Of a stretch of 32,000 nt of DNA, positions 23,763 to 31,746 are shown piece after piece; position 1 is the first letter of the stretch; every line of letters starts with the position of its first letter. Made by a program: the position numbers and the translations under genes. The notes below the pieces were generated by a model. The model made no database searches. It was given only the letters and a program-made list of their open reading frames with translations, and was not told where the DNA came from. Location of the stretch: the NCBI RefSeq assembly GCF_000018465.1, contig NC_010085.1:1200001-1232000 (forward strand), written 5' to 3'. The stretch comes from Nitrosopumilus maritimus SCM1. GTDB taxonomy: Archaea; Thermoproteota; Nitrososphaeria; Nitrososphaerales; Nitrosopumilaceae.

Positions 23763-24590
23763 TTAATTCTTGTTGTGAATTTCTACGACTCTTTGAGGAA
23801 ATGGAATTTCTATACCGTTCTCATCAAGAGTAGTTTTTACTACCTCACACAATTCCGGATAGACTTTGCCCCAGTGATCCCTGTGATGCCAGACCATAAC
23901 TTGTAAATTCACACTGCTGTCTGCAAGCTCTGTAACATGTATTTCCGGCTCGGGTTTTGCCAAAATATAGGGCATTTTTTCATTCAAAGTTTGTTTCAAT
24001 TTGGAAATTGCCTTCTTGGTATTTGCAGAATAGCTGATTCCTACTGAGACAGATGTACGTCTTGCATTTGTTGAAGAAAATCCTCGAATTCTTGACGTGA
24101 ATACTTTGTCATTTGGAATTCGCATTGTTGTTCCATCAAACTTTCTGACCATTGTGGAGAACATTGTAATGTCCAATACAGTTCCAAGCACATCCATGTC
24201 TGGAATTTCTATTGTATCGCCATGCTTGAGTGGCTTTTCTATCATTAAGAATATGCCTGAAATTAAGTTGGATACGACTGATTGTGTGGCAAATCCAATG
24301 ACCACTCCAAAAATACCTCCTGCCACCAATAGACCGCTAAGATCTATTCCTGTGCTTGTCATTACACCTGCAAAGGAGAGCAAAATTATACCATAGTACA
24401 GCAATTTCCCAATATTTTTTGATGTATGCTCGGGCAATTTTGATGCAAATTTCTTTGTAAAAACGGATTTTGAGATTGACGCGATTGTAAATCCTGCCAA
24501 CAAAAAAACCAATGACGTAGCTACTAGACCCAGTCCAATCGTGTTTCCCAATATGTCAAATGAGTATTGGTCAAGAAATTCCAGCACCAT
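23763..24590 (-). CDS. mscS: Small-conductance mechanosensitive channel, full-length MscS type
   Basis: Three TM segments. The TM3/beta-domain signature is ATQSVVSNLISGIFLMIEKPLKHGDTIEI...TMRIPNDKVF. A C-terminal alpha/beta domain is present (275 aa). Confidence 0.9.
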   Translation of the reverse strand: MVLEFLDQYSFDILGNTIGLGLVATSLVFLLAGFTIASISKSVFTKKFASKLPEHTSKNIGKLLYYGIILLSFAGVMTSTGIDLSGLLVAGGIFGVVIGFATQSVVSNLISGIFLMIEKPLKHGDTIEIPDMDVLGTVLDITMFSTMVRKFDGTTMRIPNDKVFTSRIRGFSSTNARRTSVSVGISYSANTKKAISKLKQTLNEKMPYILAKPEPEIHVTELADSSVNLQVMVWHHRDHWGKVYPELCEVVKTTLDENGIEIPFPQRVVEIHNKN

Positions 24591-25333
24591 TAATCATACC
24601 CCGAATCCATTACAAATGGTTGTGATTTTTCTGGAACTGTACGCAATGATTTCTCTAGATTATCAGAACAAGGACTGACGGTAAGAGTTGCATGTTTCTC
24701 ATCATTTATCTCCATAGAAATAGAGTCGACAATGATTTTGTTATTTGAATAGTACACGTTTTGAGAAGATGCATCAAATACTATTTTTCCGACTTTGACT
24801 GCATGATCCAAGTTGTTTTTTATTTTGACATTTACTACTGCGTGATGGTATGGCTTGATTTTTTCTTTGTCATCAATCTTGGAATACTTACAAAAATCCC
24901 CGTCAGTTGGCAATCCATAAAGTGCAAATTTTGATAACAGAGGATCACATGAAAAAGAATCTACCAGTACATCCTCTTTAGGAGTCTTTGCAAAGACGCC
25001 TATCTCAATTGGACACTTTAGTGATATCTCTGCACTTACAGATTTTCCAACAAGTATCGGGTTTTGAAGATCCAAATACAGCAACGAGGTTATCGGTTCA
25101 GGTACATTTAGGGGCAGCATAGGACAAATGTGAATTTTTACATCATCCCCCACATCCAATGCATGTCTGATATGTGAATCCGAAGATATTCGCATGTATT
25201 GAAATTGATTCGTATTTGTTTTTGATATTTGAATTTCATTGTTGGCAAATGTCAAACTTAATGGTTCGTCAACATCATGTGTTCCAAAATTTGCATAGTC
25301 AAACTCTGACTGATACTTCATCAAACTGTGCAT
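24590..25333 (-). CDS. Cytoplasmic protein of unknown function, translationally coupled to mscS
   Basis: 247 aa with no TM segments. Its TAA stop overlaps the mscS ATG by 1 nt (TAATG). The segment PMLPLNVPEPITSLLYLDLQNPILV...CPIEIGVF reminds me of archaeal DUF432-type proteins, but that is an unverified recollection. Confidence 0.7.
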   Translation of the reverse strand: MHSLMKYQSEFDYANFGTHDVDEPLSLTFANNEIQISKTNTNQFQYMRISSDSHIRHALDVGDDVKIHICPMLPLNVPEPITSLLYLDLQNPILVGKSVSAEISLKCPIEIGVFAKTPKEDVLVDSFSCDPLLSKFALYGLPTDGDFCKYSKIDDKEKIKPYHHAVVNVKIKNNLDHAVKVGKIVFDASSQNVYYSNNKIIVDSISMEINDEKHATLTVSPCSDNLEKSLRTVPEKSQPFVMDSGYD

Positions 25334-25395
25334 GAGTTTGCTTGTGTTCTACTTGTAATAATACCTCTTAAGCTGGTATGTTGAATTTACACATA

Positions 25396-25866
25396 TTAGC
25401 TTACGTGACGCTTTTTTGGGAAAATTTCCACCATCTCTTCGCTTAGCTTGTGATTTGGGATTATGATTTTACTGCCGTCATTTGTCACAGCAACTACCTT
25501 TGTCAGATGCAAACCGGTAATTTGGCACCGAACATAATCAAACTCTATTTTATCCCCTACGTTAATTTGAGGATTAAGGAATATTCCTATTCCTGAAATG
25601 ATGTTTTTTAATTGATTTTGTAATGCAATTCCTATCACTACTGCGGCTGCCCCAATTGACGTGATTACCTCAAGGGCTAGATCAAAAAGTCCAAAAGTAG
25701 TTCCAAGATATATTGCCTCCCCCAGAGTAATGAAGATTAGCAGCATTCCCAGCAATTTGTCTGAGCCTTGCAGATCTTGTAGTTTGTTATTGATGACTTG
25801 TCTTGTAATGAAATATAGCACTGCAGTTATGGCTAGTGATATTACTGCTAAGTAAATGTCAGACAA
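25396..25866 (-). CDS. Truncated mini-MscS-like channel protein (3 TM plus the beta domain only)
   Basis: NIISGIGIFLNPQINVGDKIEFDYVRCQITGLHLTKVVAVTNDGSKIIIPNHKLSEEMVEIF aligns with the E. coli MscS TM3-beta region and ends where the alpha/beta domain would begin. The TTG start is supported by alignment to the paralogue at 30309-30806. Confidence 0.75.
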   Translation of the reverse strand: MSDIYLAVISLAITAVLYFITRQVINNKLQDLQGSDKLLGMLLIFITLGEAIYLGTTFGLFDLALEVITSIGAAAVVIGIALQNQLKNIISGIGIFLNPQINVGDKIEFDYVRCQITGLHLTKVVAVTNDGSKIIIPNHKLSEEMVEIFPKKRHVS

Positions 25867-25869
25867 TTC

Positions 25870-26121
25870 TCAATACAACATATCCTCTTCAAAGAATTCC
25901 AGGATGCTGTCTTTGATTACAATGTCAGAATTCTTCTTAAAACTAAATGACTCTGTATAGTTTGCTTTTATGATTGACAGTTCCACTGAAGCTCCATCTT
26001 CTAATGAGGTGTAATTAGGTGGCAGTAATTTGTCGATTCGTTTCCATTTACCCACCAGCTTGCATGTGTCAAAAAGCTTCTGGCTCTTGATTCTCTTATG
26101 TGTTTGTGTTTTTGCGCTCAA
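25870..26121 (-). CDS. Hypothetical 83-aa protein (only TTG or GTG starts are available)
   Basis: The ORF is in the same frame as the upstream 60-aa ORF, separated by TAA plus one codon. There is no internal ATG until the last four codons. Confidence 0.4.
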   Translation of the reverse strand: MSAKTQTHKRIKSQKLFDTCKLVGKWKRIDKLLPPNYTSLEDGASVELSIIKANYTESFSFKKNSDIVIKDSILEFFEEDMLY

Positions 26122-26124
26122 GAC

Positions 26125-26307
26125 TTAACTCCTCTTTTGTTTTGAGAATCTTTTTTTGTACTCTTGCATCAACAATATTGGAAACGGGGTATACTCTACG
26201 TTTTCATAAAATATCTTTAACTGCTCGTTTGAAAGTTTTTTTAAATAATTCTTGATGTTCTCTTCACATGAAAGATAAGACATGTTTGGATCAAACAGCT
26301 TGTCCAT
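26125..26307 (-). CDS. Hypothetical 60-aa protein
   Basis: ATG start and basic C-terminus (KKRFSKQKRS). It is the first gene of the tightly packed minus-strand cluster. Confidence 0.45.
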   Translation of the reverse strand: MDKLFDPNMSYLSCEENIKNYLKKLSNEQLKIFYENVEYTPFPILLMQEYKKRFSKQKRS

Positions 26308-26367
26308 AGGATAACAAGGAATCTTTTAGAATATAGCATGTCGTAAGCTAAATGAGATATTTTCAGC

Positions 26368-27165
26368 TTATTCTTTTAATTTAAACTCCTTGAATGCATC
26401 TGATATGTTCCAATAGTGTTTGAAATAATCCAGACACCACTCTCTAAATGCCTCATCCTGACTGTAGAACATGGAACGCAGGTCTGGTTTTCCACTCAAA
26501 TCAGGAAACATCAATCCTGCAGAATGCTCGTTTAGAATTACAGACACCTGAACTGTTTTTAGCATCCTTCTTTCGATCTTTCCGGATTCCAGCAATGGAT
26601 AAAAGCCGGATTTCTCCAAGAGTTTCTTGCGCCCTGCAGGAATTGACGCATTCTCAGAGATGATATGACGGTACTTTACGCCACGCTTTACACGTCTTAT
26701 CATCAATTCAATCAGATCCAAGGGAGTTTCTGACAATATGTTGAAGATATACTCATCAGACGTCCTGTAGATTTTCTTCCATGTTTCAAGCACCTTGGAT
26801 ACGCCTACAATTTCCTTTGAATTGCTAAGATCACCTATGCGTCGCAGGAATTTTGGAGGAATGTTTCCAAAGTCATGAGTTTGCAGATATTTCTTGTTTT
26901 GAGACAAATATGAAAATGAGTGTATCTGAGTGCTAATTGATCTTCCAAAAGTTGTAAGTGTGTAGAAATTGTTCTCTTGTTTTCTTATCAGTCCAGAGTT
27001 GACCATGCGTTCAAAATTTCTGTGTATTTCCTGGGGCGATACATTGTATTTTTTTGCCAACGTAGTAAGTCTTGATGGTTTTTGAATCAAATCAAATAAA
27101 ATTTTTAATCTAATTTCGCTGGCAAGTTCTAAAAATTCTGCAGATGTGTATTCAAAGTCTACCAT
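26368..27165 (-). CDS. Archaeal wHTH transcriptional regulator (N-terminal ArsR-like HTH plus a C-terminal sensor-like domain, FilR1/DUF1724-like architecture)
   Basis: EIRLKILFDLIQKPSRLTTLAKKYNVSPQEIHRNFERMVNSGLIRK is the wHTH, followed by a C-terminal domain of about 170 aa. The family name comes from my recollection of the architecture and is not verified. Confidence 0.7.
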   Translation of the reverse strand: MVDFEYTSAEFLELASEIRLKILFDLIQKPSRLTTLAKKYNVSPQEIHRNFERMVNSGLIRKQENNFYTLTTFGRSISTQIHSFSYLSQNKKYLQTHDFGNIPPKFLRRIGDLSNSKEIVGVSKVLETWKKIYRTSDEYIFNILSETPLDLIELMIRRVKRGVKYRHIISENASIPAGRKKLLEKSGFYPLLESGKIERRMLKTVQVSVILNEHSAGLMFPDLSGKPDLRSMFYSQDEAFREWCLDYFKHYWNISDAFKEFKLKE

Positions 27166-27217
27166 GATAAAAAGAGGAAACGTCTTCTTTAAAGTGCTTG
27201 TGATGATCTTAAATTCA

Positions 27218-27379
27218 CTATAACAGTTCGTCTAACTGGCCTTTTTTAGCCATGTCTAAAACAAATGATTGAATTTTAGTAATACCGCATCGTGGAAACT
27301 GTTTTGTGTCGTTGTTCTGGTTTTTTACAATTATAGCATCATCAAGAATATAGATGTCAAGTCTAGACTTTCCAAACAT
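27218..27379 (-). CDS. 53-aa small ORF (MFGKSRLDIYILDDAIIVKNQNNDTKQFPRCGITKIQSFVLDMAKKGQLDELL), below the ORF-track cutoff
   Basis: The ATG lies 3 nt after the stop of the RAM-domain gene. It fills an otherwise empty 217-nt gap. There is no recognisable motif. Confidence 0.3.
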   Translation of the reverse strand: MFGKSRLDIYILDDAIIVKNQNNDTKQFPRCGITKIQSFVLDMAKKGQLDELL

Positions 27380-27382
27380 TTT

Positions 27383-27637
27383 CTAAATCACTGTAGATGG
27401 TGCATCATGTAATGTAATAACGCTACGTACATTTCTCATAGGACGGATAATGGATAGAACTAGTTTGTGTAGTTTGTCATGCGGTAGTTCAGTTTTTACA
27501 ATACAATCATATGCGCCATGGACAGGTGTCGCTTCCTCTACACCAGAAAGTTGTTGGATAGAATTTGCAACTTCAATGTTCTTGTTGACCGCACATGTAA
27601 GAAGCAAATACGATGTATCCATACCTTTTTTGAGCAA
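27383..27637 (-). CDS. Stand-alone Lrp/AsnC ligand-binding (RAM) domain protein
   Basis: 84 aa. LLLTCAVNKNIEVANSIQQLSGVEEATPVHGAYDCIVKTEL...VRSVITL fits the beta-alpha-beta-beta-alpha-beta RAM pattern. No HTH is present. Confidence 0.7.
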   Translation of the reverse strand: MLKKGMDTSYLLLTCAVNKNIEVANSIQQLSGVEEATPVHGAYDCIVKTELPHDKLHKLVLSIIRPMRNVRSVITLHDAPSTVI

Positions 27638-27902
27638 GAATCATTATTATTGTTTCATAAGCTTAAGTGTTGATTTTCAAGTGTTTTGTTGAATGGGGAT
27701 TATAGGTGATGCCAGCGTAATGTAAGCATGACAAAAAATAGGGATTTGGAGGAATACGAAAGAAAAAGACTCGAGAAATGGAAGATTGGCAGAAAAAACT
27801 ATCCATAGAATTCTTTAGGCAAGATTTGCAACATCAGTTCCATGGGCTAAGATCTAATCAAGTATTACGATGTAACACATTTCAGAGGTATTGATGTTTT
27901 AC

Positions 27903-28823
27903 TTAGATCATTTGTTTGAGACCTTTGCATCTGTTTCTGACAGTAACCTCTGTGATTCCCGCTGCATCTGCAATTTCTTTTTGAGTCCTAAATTCCTCCA
28001 AATCTATTGACGCCAGGTATAATGCAGAGGCAGCCAGTCCCATAGGATGCTTCCCTGCAGACATGTTTTGTTTTTCTGCCTTTTTTAGAATTTTTATGGC
28101 ATATCTTTTTGTTTTCTCAGACAGTTCTGCATTGCTTGCAATTTTTGCAATACAGGAGACAGAGTCAATTACGGGCATTTTAAGGTCTAACTCTTTGAAT
28201 ATGAGCCGGTATGTTGCAGAGATTTCTTTGCGTTTAATTCCTATGGATGCTGCAACTTCTCGGAGTGTCCTGGGAGCTTCTGATTCACGGCATGCGGCAT
28301 AAAGACAAGCTGCAACAAGAGATGCAATAGAACGCCCCTTGACCAGTTTTTTCTCCAGTGCCTTTCTATAGATGTACGATGCTTTTTCAGCAATTGCGTC
28401 AGACAAGGACAATTTTTCTTTCATTTTTGACAATTCCAGCAGTGCTTGTTGCAAATTTCTGTCATCATTGGTCTTTATGCGACTTCGATTATCCCATTTC
28501 CGGAGTCGTGTCATGGATGATTTCATTGACGCAGACAAGGGACTTCCAGCAGAATCTTTGTCAAAGGGGTTAATCACAGTGCTAAGTCCCCTGTCATGTC
28601 TTGTCAAAGATGTCTTGTCGCCAGTATGGGATTTATCGGTAGTTGAATTTGCAAATGCTCTTTCGGGTCTGCGGTCATTAGTTTTCTCTTCAACCACAAT
28701 ACCGCAATTTGAACAAAATATTTCTGACGATTCAACATCAGTGACTAGCGCGTTTTTTCCACATCTAGGACATTTGATTTCTTGTGAACTCATGATATGA
28801 TCAAAAAACCTTCCCGACGACAT
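27903..28823 (-). CDS. tfb: Transcription initiation factor B (TFB), canonical
   Basis: Zn ribbon CPRCG...CSNCG, a B-reader/linker, and two cyclin-fold repeats (ASYIYRKALEKKLVKGRSI.. and KRYAIKILKKAEKQNMSAGKHPMGLAASALYLAS). The start may instead be the Met at 28793. Confidence 0.9.
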   Translation of the reverse strand: MSSGRFFDHIMSSQEIKCPRCGKNALVTDVESSEIFCSNCGIVVEEKTNDRRPERAFANSTTDKSHTGDKTSLTRHDRGLSTVINPFDKDSAGSPLSASMKSSMTRLRKWDNRSRIKTNDDRNLQQALLELSKMKEKLSLSDAIAEKASYIYRKALEKKLVKGRSIASLVAACLYAACRESEAPRTLREVAASIGIKRKEISATYRLIFKELDLKMPVIDSVSCIAKIASNAELSEKTKRYAIKILKKAEKQNMSAGKHPMGLAASALYLASIDLEEFRTQKEIADAAGITEVTVRNRCKGLKQMI

Positions 28824-29189
28824 TGGGATTTGAAAATTTGTGTGCTCGTATGATCTTACCTATTGCCAATTCTTTCATGTTGGCAAAATATTATCACCTT
28901 ACATGTTATAAAACCATCGATAAAAATATCTGTGAATTATTAATGCAATAATTTTTAAACAAACTTTGTAATACTGTTATTACGATTTTGATGCAAGGAG
29001 CTAGAATATTACCCAAGACACACTCTCTTTGCATCAATCTCGATTCAATTTAAAAAATACATCAATGAAATTTATGAGATACGTGCATATTGGAAAAAAT
29101 TTCAATAATGCATAACATTTCAGCTAATAACTTGATTTTCAGCTCAAAACGGTATGAAGTATAATATGATTTGATGGGAAATTAAACGT

Positions 29190-30119
29190 ATGAAGCAAGT
29201 TCTGGAATATTGTTTTAAGAACAACCACACATCTCCGATTACAGACATCACTACAGGTGAGATTTGCTGCAGTGATTGTGGTACAGTTATTGTTGAAAAA
29301 ACTATTGACCGTTCAAACGGTTTACCTGCCAATACAAAAGAAGATTTTATGAATAGAACTCAATACGGCCCTCCAACTAAAATTGCAATCTCAGACATGT
29401 CAAAGACATCAATGATTTCAAAGAAAAACCAGGATTCTGCAGGACAAAAACTGCACAGTGATGCAAAAAGGCATTTTTCACGACTAAGATTGTGGGATTC
29501 ACGCAGCAAGTCTGACAGAGCCGAAAGAAATCTTGTAAAAGCATTTTCAATACTAGACGCATATGCAAGTAATTTGGGCATTCCAGAAAACGCAAAAGAA
29601 CATGCAGCATATATCTACAGAAAGGCACTGGAGAAGAACCTCATAAGAGGAAGCTCAATTCATACAATGGTAGCAGGCTCTGTTTATGTGACATGCAAGC
29701 AACTTGGAATTCCGAGAAGTGCAGACGATACAACAAGAGTGTCCAACATCAGCAGAAGAAGGTTGTCAAAAGCATACAAACGTCTTGTAAAAAATCTGGA
29801 CCTGAAAATTGATCCTTCAGAAACAGATTTTGTGACGCAGGTTGCCAACTCATTGTCTGTCAGTGAAAAAACAAAACGGCTTGCAATAAAAATAATCAAC
29901 GATGTCAAAAAAGAAAAAATACATGTAGGAAAAAGACCTCTTGGGATTACGGCTGCAGCTGTGTATCTTTCTGCAATAAATTATGACGAGCCAAAGTCCA
30001 TGGCAAAAATTTCAAAGGTAACCAACATAAGCACAGTTACAATTAGAAAAATAATAAAACTAGTAAGACCATTTGCTGCCAAATACATCAAAAGCATTGA
30101 TGTTGGAATAACACAGTAA
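29190..30119 (+). CDS. tfb: TFB paralogue with a degenerate N-terminal Zn ribbon
   Basis: Cyclin repeats are conserved (AAYIYRKALEKNLIRGSSI.., KRLAIKIINDVKKEKIHVGKRPLGITAAAVYLSA). The first CxxC of the ribbon is replaced by C-x4-H (YCFKNNH), and the second half is CCSDCG. Confidence 0.85.
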   Translation: MKQVLEYCFKNNHTSPITDITTGEICCSDCGTVIVEKTIDRSNGLPANTKEDFMNRTQYGPPTKIAISDMSKTSMISKKNQDSAGQKLHSDAKRHFSRLRLWDSRSKSDRAERNLVKAFSILDAYASNLGIPENAKEHAAYIYRKALEKNLIRGSSIHTMVAGSVYVTCKQLGIPRSADDTTRVSNISRRRLSKAYKRLVKNLDLKIDPSETDFVTQVANSLSVSEKTKRLAIKIINDVKKEKIHVGKRPLGITAAAVYLSAINYDEPKSMAKISKVTNISTVTIRKIIKLVRPFAAKYIKSIDVGITQ

Positions 30120-30120
30120 G

Positions 30121-30312
30121 ATGTCTCAAAATGAATTTGAAAAAATAAAAAGATACGAAAGTTTGCAGGACGAATACAAGAATCTCCTTTCAGAATACGA
30201 AGAGCTTAAAACAAGCAATCCTTACAATTTGCAGTTAACAAATAAAATTGTCGAACTTACCGCAAAACAGAAAGAAATTGAAACATCTTTGTCAGAACTC
30301 AAAGAAATCTAG
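30121..30312 (+). CDS. 63-aa coiled-coil protein, coupled to the TFB paralogue
   Basis: The ATG lies 1 nt after the TFB stop. The sequence is heptad-like and Glu/Lys-rich. It overlaps the convergent mini-mscS stop by 4 nt. Confidence 0.45.
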   Translation: MSQNEFEKIKRYESLQDEYKNLLSEYEELKTSNPYNLQLTNKIVELTAKQKEIETSLSELKEI

Positions 30313-30806
30313 TTTTTATTTTCTAGATTAATCGTAGAGGGTTTTTGTTCTTTGCGAGAAATTGAAACAAGAACCTCGTCAAATTTTTTATTTGGAATCC
30401 AGATTCTTTTTTTATCTTCATCAATCTCAATTATTGTTTTTGTCAAACCCAGCTTGAGAATAGTTCCTTTGCGATTTTCTATTTCAATCTTGGAACCGAC
30501 ATGAATGTTTGTGCTTAATGCTATGCTTATGCCAGATGCGGCATTTTGTAATTTGTTGAGATACACAAATGCTGCAAAAATCAGTATTGCACTAAGGGAC
30601 GTTACAGTCTCCAAGGCATACGTTAGAAGATCAAAATTTATTGAAAGATAGATTCCCTCTGCAATAACTATTAACAATATAATGACGACTAGTGCCTTGT
30701 AGGATCCTTCTAGCTTTTTGAACTTGTAAAAATCAACAAGTTTTGCAGATGCAATGGCAACAACAGTAACTAGAATTGATATTATTGCATGGATTTCTAA
30801 AGCCAT
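30309..30806 (-). CDS. mscS: Mini-MscS-like channel protein, last gene of the ectoine operon
   Basis: It is a paralogue of 25396-25866 (EGIYLSINFDLLTYALETVTSLSAIL...LQNAASGISIALSTNIHVGSKIEIE). It lies 24 nt downstream of ectD on the same strand. An ect-linked mscS is published for Nitrosopumilus maritimus. Confidence 0.8.
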   Translation of the reverse strand: MALEIHAIISILVTVVAIASAKLVDFYKFKKLEGSYKALVVIILLIVIAEGIYLSINFDLLTYALETVTSLSAILIFAAFVYLNKLQNAASGISIALSTNIHVGSKIEIENRKGTILKLGLTKTIIEIDEDKKRIWIPNKKFDEVLVSISRKEQKPSTINLENKN

Positions 30807-30830
30807 TTTCTTCTCACATGCGTTTCAAGT

Positions 30831-31745
30831 TTAGTTTAGAAAGTTTTCTATAGGATCCAATACAGAAAACTCTCTGGATCCAATGTAGTTGGGGCGAGGT
30901 TCCAATCCACAAAATGGTGTGATTAGTTTATTGTGAATACTATTGAATACAATAAACGCGTTGCTTCGCGGATAAGGGGAAATATTTCCATTAGAGCCAT
31001 GCATGATATTGCAGTCAAAGAATATTGCAGAGCCTGCATCACCTTTGGCAGATACAATTCCTCCTTTTTCTACCATATCCTCAAGGATTTTCTTGTCAGG
31101 AGTACCTATCTCTTGTCTTTTTAGGGATTGTTTGTAGTGTTTGTCAGGAGTTGTACCAGAACACGAGACAAATTCTTTGTGAGATCCTGGAATGACCATC
31201 AGAGGACCGTTAAACTCATAGTTTTTTGTAAGACTGACAGAGCACGAGACAGCACGCATGTTTGGCATGCCATCCTCAGAGTGCCACGTCTCAAAGTCCG
31301 AATGCCAGTAGAACTCTTTTCCATCAAATCCAGGTTTCAGATTAACTCGGGATTGATGTACGTACACTTTGCTTCCTAAAAGCTGCTGAGCCACATCTAC
31401 AAGTCTACTGTCTTTGCAAAGTCTGCTAAAAATCTCACTTAGTTTATGTATTTCAAATATGGAACGTACATCTTTTTTTGTTTCCTCCAAGATGAATTGA
31501 GGCAGTTCTTTTTTAGAGTCATCTTTTGACAATGCCTTTAGTTCATCAAGTAATGCAGTCACCTCATCTATAGAAAACAGATTCTCAAATACAAGATATC
31601 CGTTTTTCTCAAAAAAATCCTCTTGTTTCCTAGTCAAAGAGGTTAAAGAACTTGGATATACCACAGGATCAGTCCTTGGGATAATTTTTGATTCAGAATT
31701 CATTCTTGTTGGATAAAAATCCATTTCAGTGTTATTTTGATACAT
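30831..31745 (-). CDS. ectD: Ectoine hydroxylase
   Basis: FYWHSDFETWHSEDGMPNMRAVSCSVSL matches the EctD signature F-x-W-H-S-D-F-E-T-W-H-x-E-D-G-M-P. Length is 304 aa. Confidence 0.92.
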   Translation of the reverse strand: MYQNNTEMDFYPTRMNSESKIIPRTDPVVYPSSLTSLTRKQEDFFEKNGYLVFENLFSIDEVTALLDELKALSKDDSKKELPQFILEETKKDVRSIFEIHKLSEIFSRLCKDSRLVDVAQQLLGSKVYVHQSRVNLKPGFDGKEFYWHSDFETWHSEDGMPNMRAVSCSVSLTKNYEFNGPLMVIPGSHKEFVSCSGTTPDKHYKQSLKRQEIGTPDKKILEDMVEKGGIVSAKGDAGSAIFFDCNIMHGSNGNISPYPRSNAFIVFNSIHNKLITPFCGLEPRPNYIGSREFSVLDPIENFLN

Positions 31746-31746
31746 T

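Noticed and set aside
25396-26307. Reading all three same-frame ORFs (60 aa, 83 aa and mini-MscS) as one 304-codon gene interrupted by two stops
   Set aside because: The mini-MscS N-terminus aligns residue-for-residue with the ATG-initiated paralogue at 30309-30806. A 145-aa soluble N-terminal extension would also conflict with the N-out MscS topology. Only the 60-aa/83-aa junction is kept as an open question.
28063-28800. Plus-strand ORFs 28063-28302, 28358-28573 and 28372-28800
   Set aside because: They are antisense to the canonical TFB gene, whose Zn-ribbon and cyclin-fold motifs are unambiguous.
28830-28859. Motifs shared with the repeat region, lying just upstream of the canonical TFB start: the 13-mer TTGAAAATTTGTG (also at 14836-14848) and GATCTTACC
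   Set aside because: The order and spacing differ from the repeat region. For AT-rich 9- to 13-mers a chance match in 32 kb is plausible (expectation of order 0.5 or more). This is not enough to claim a regulatory link.
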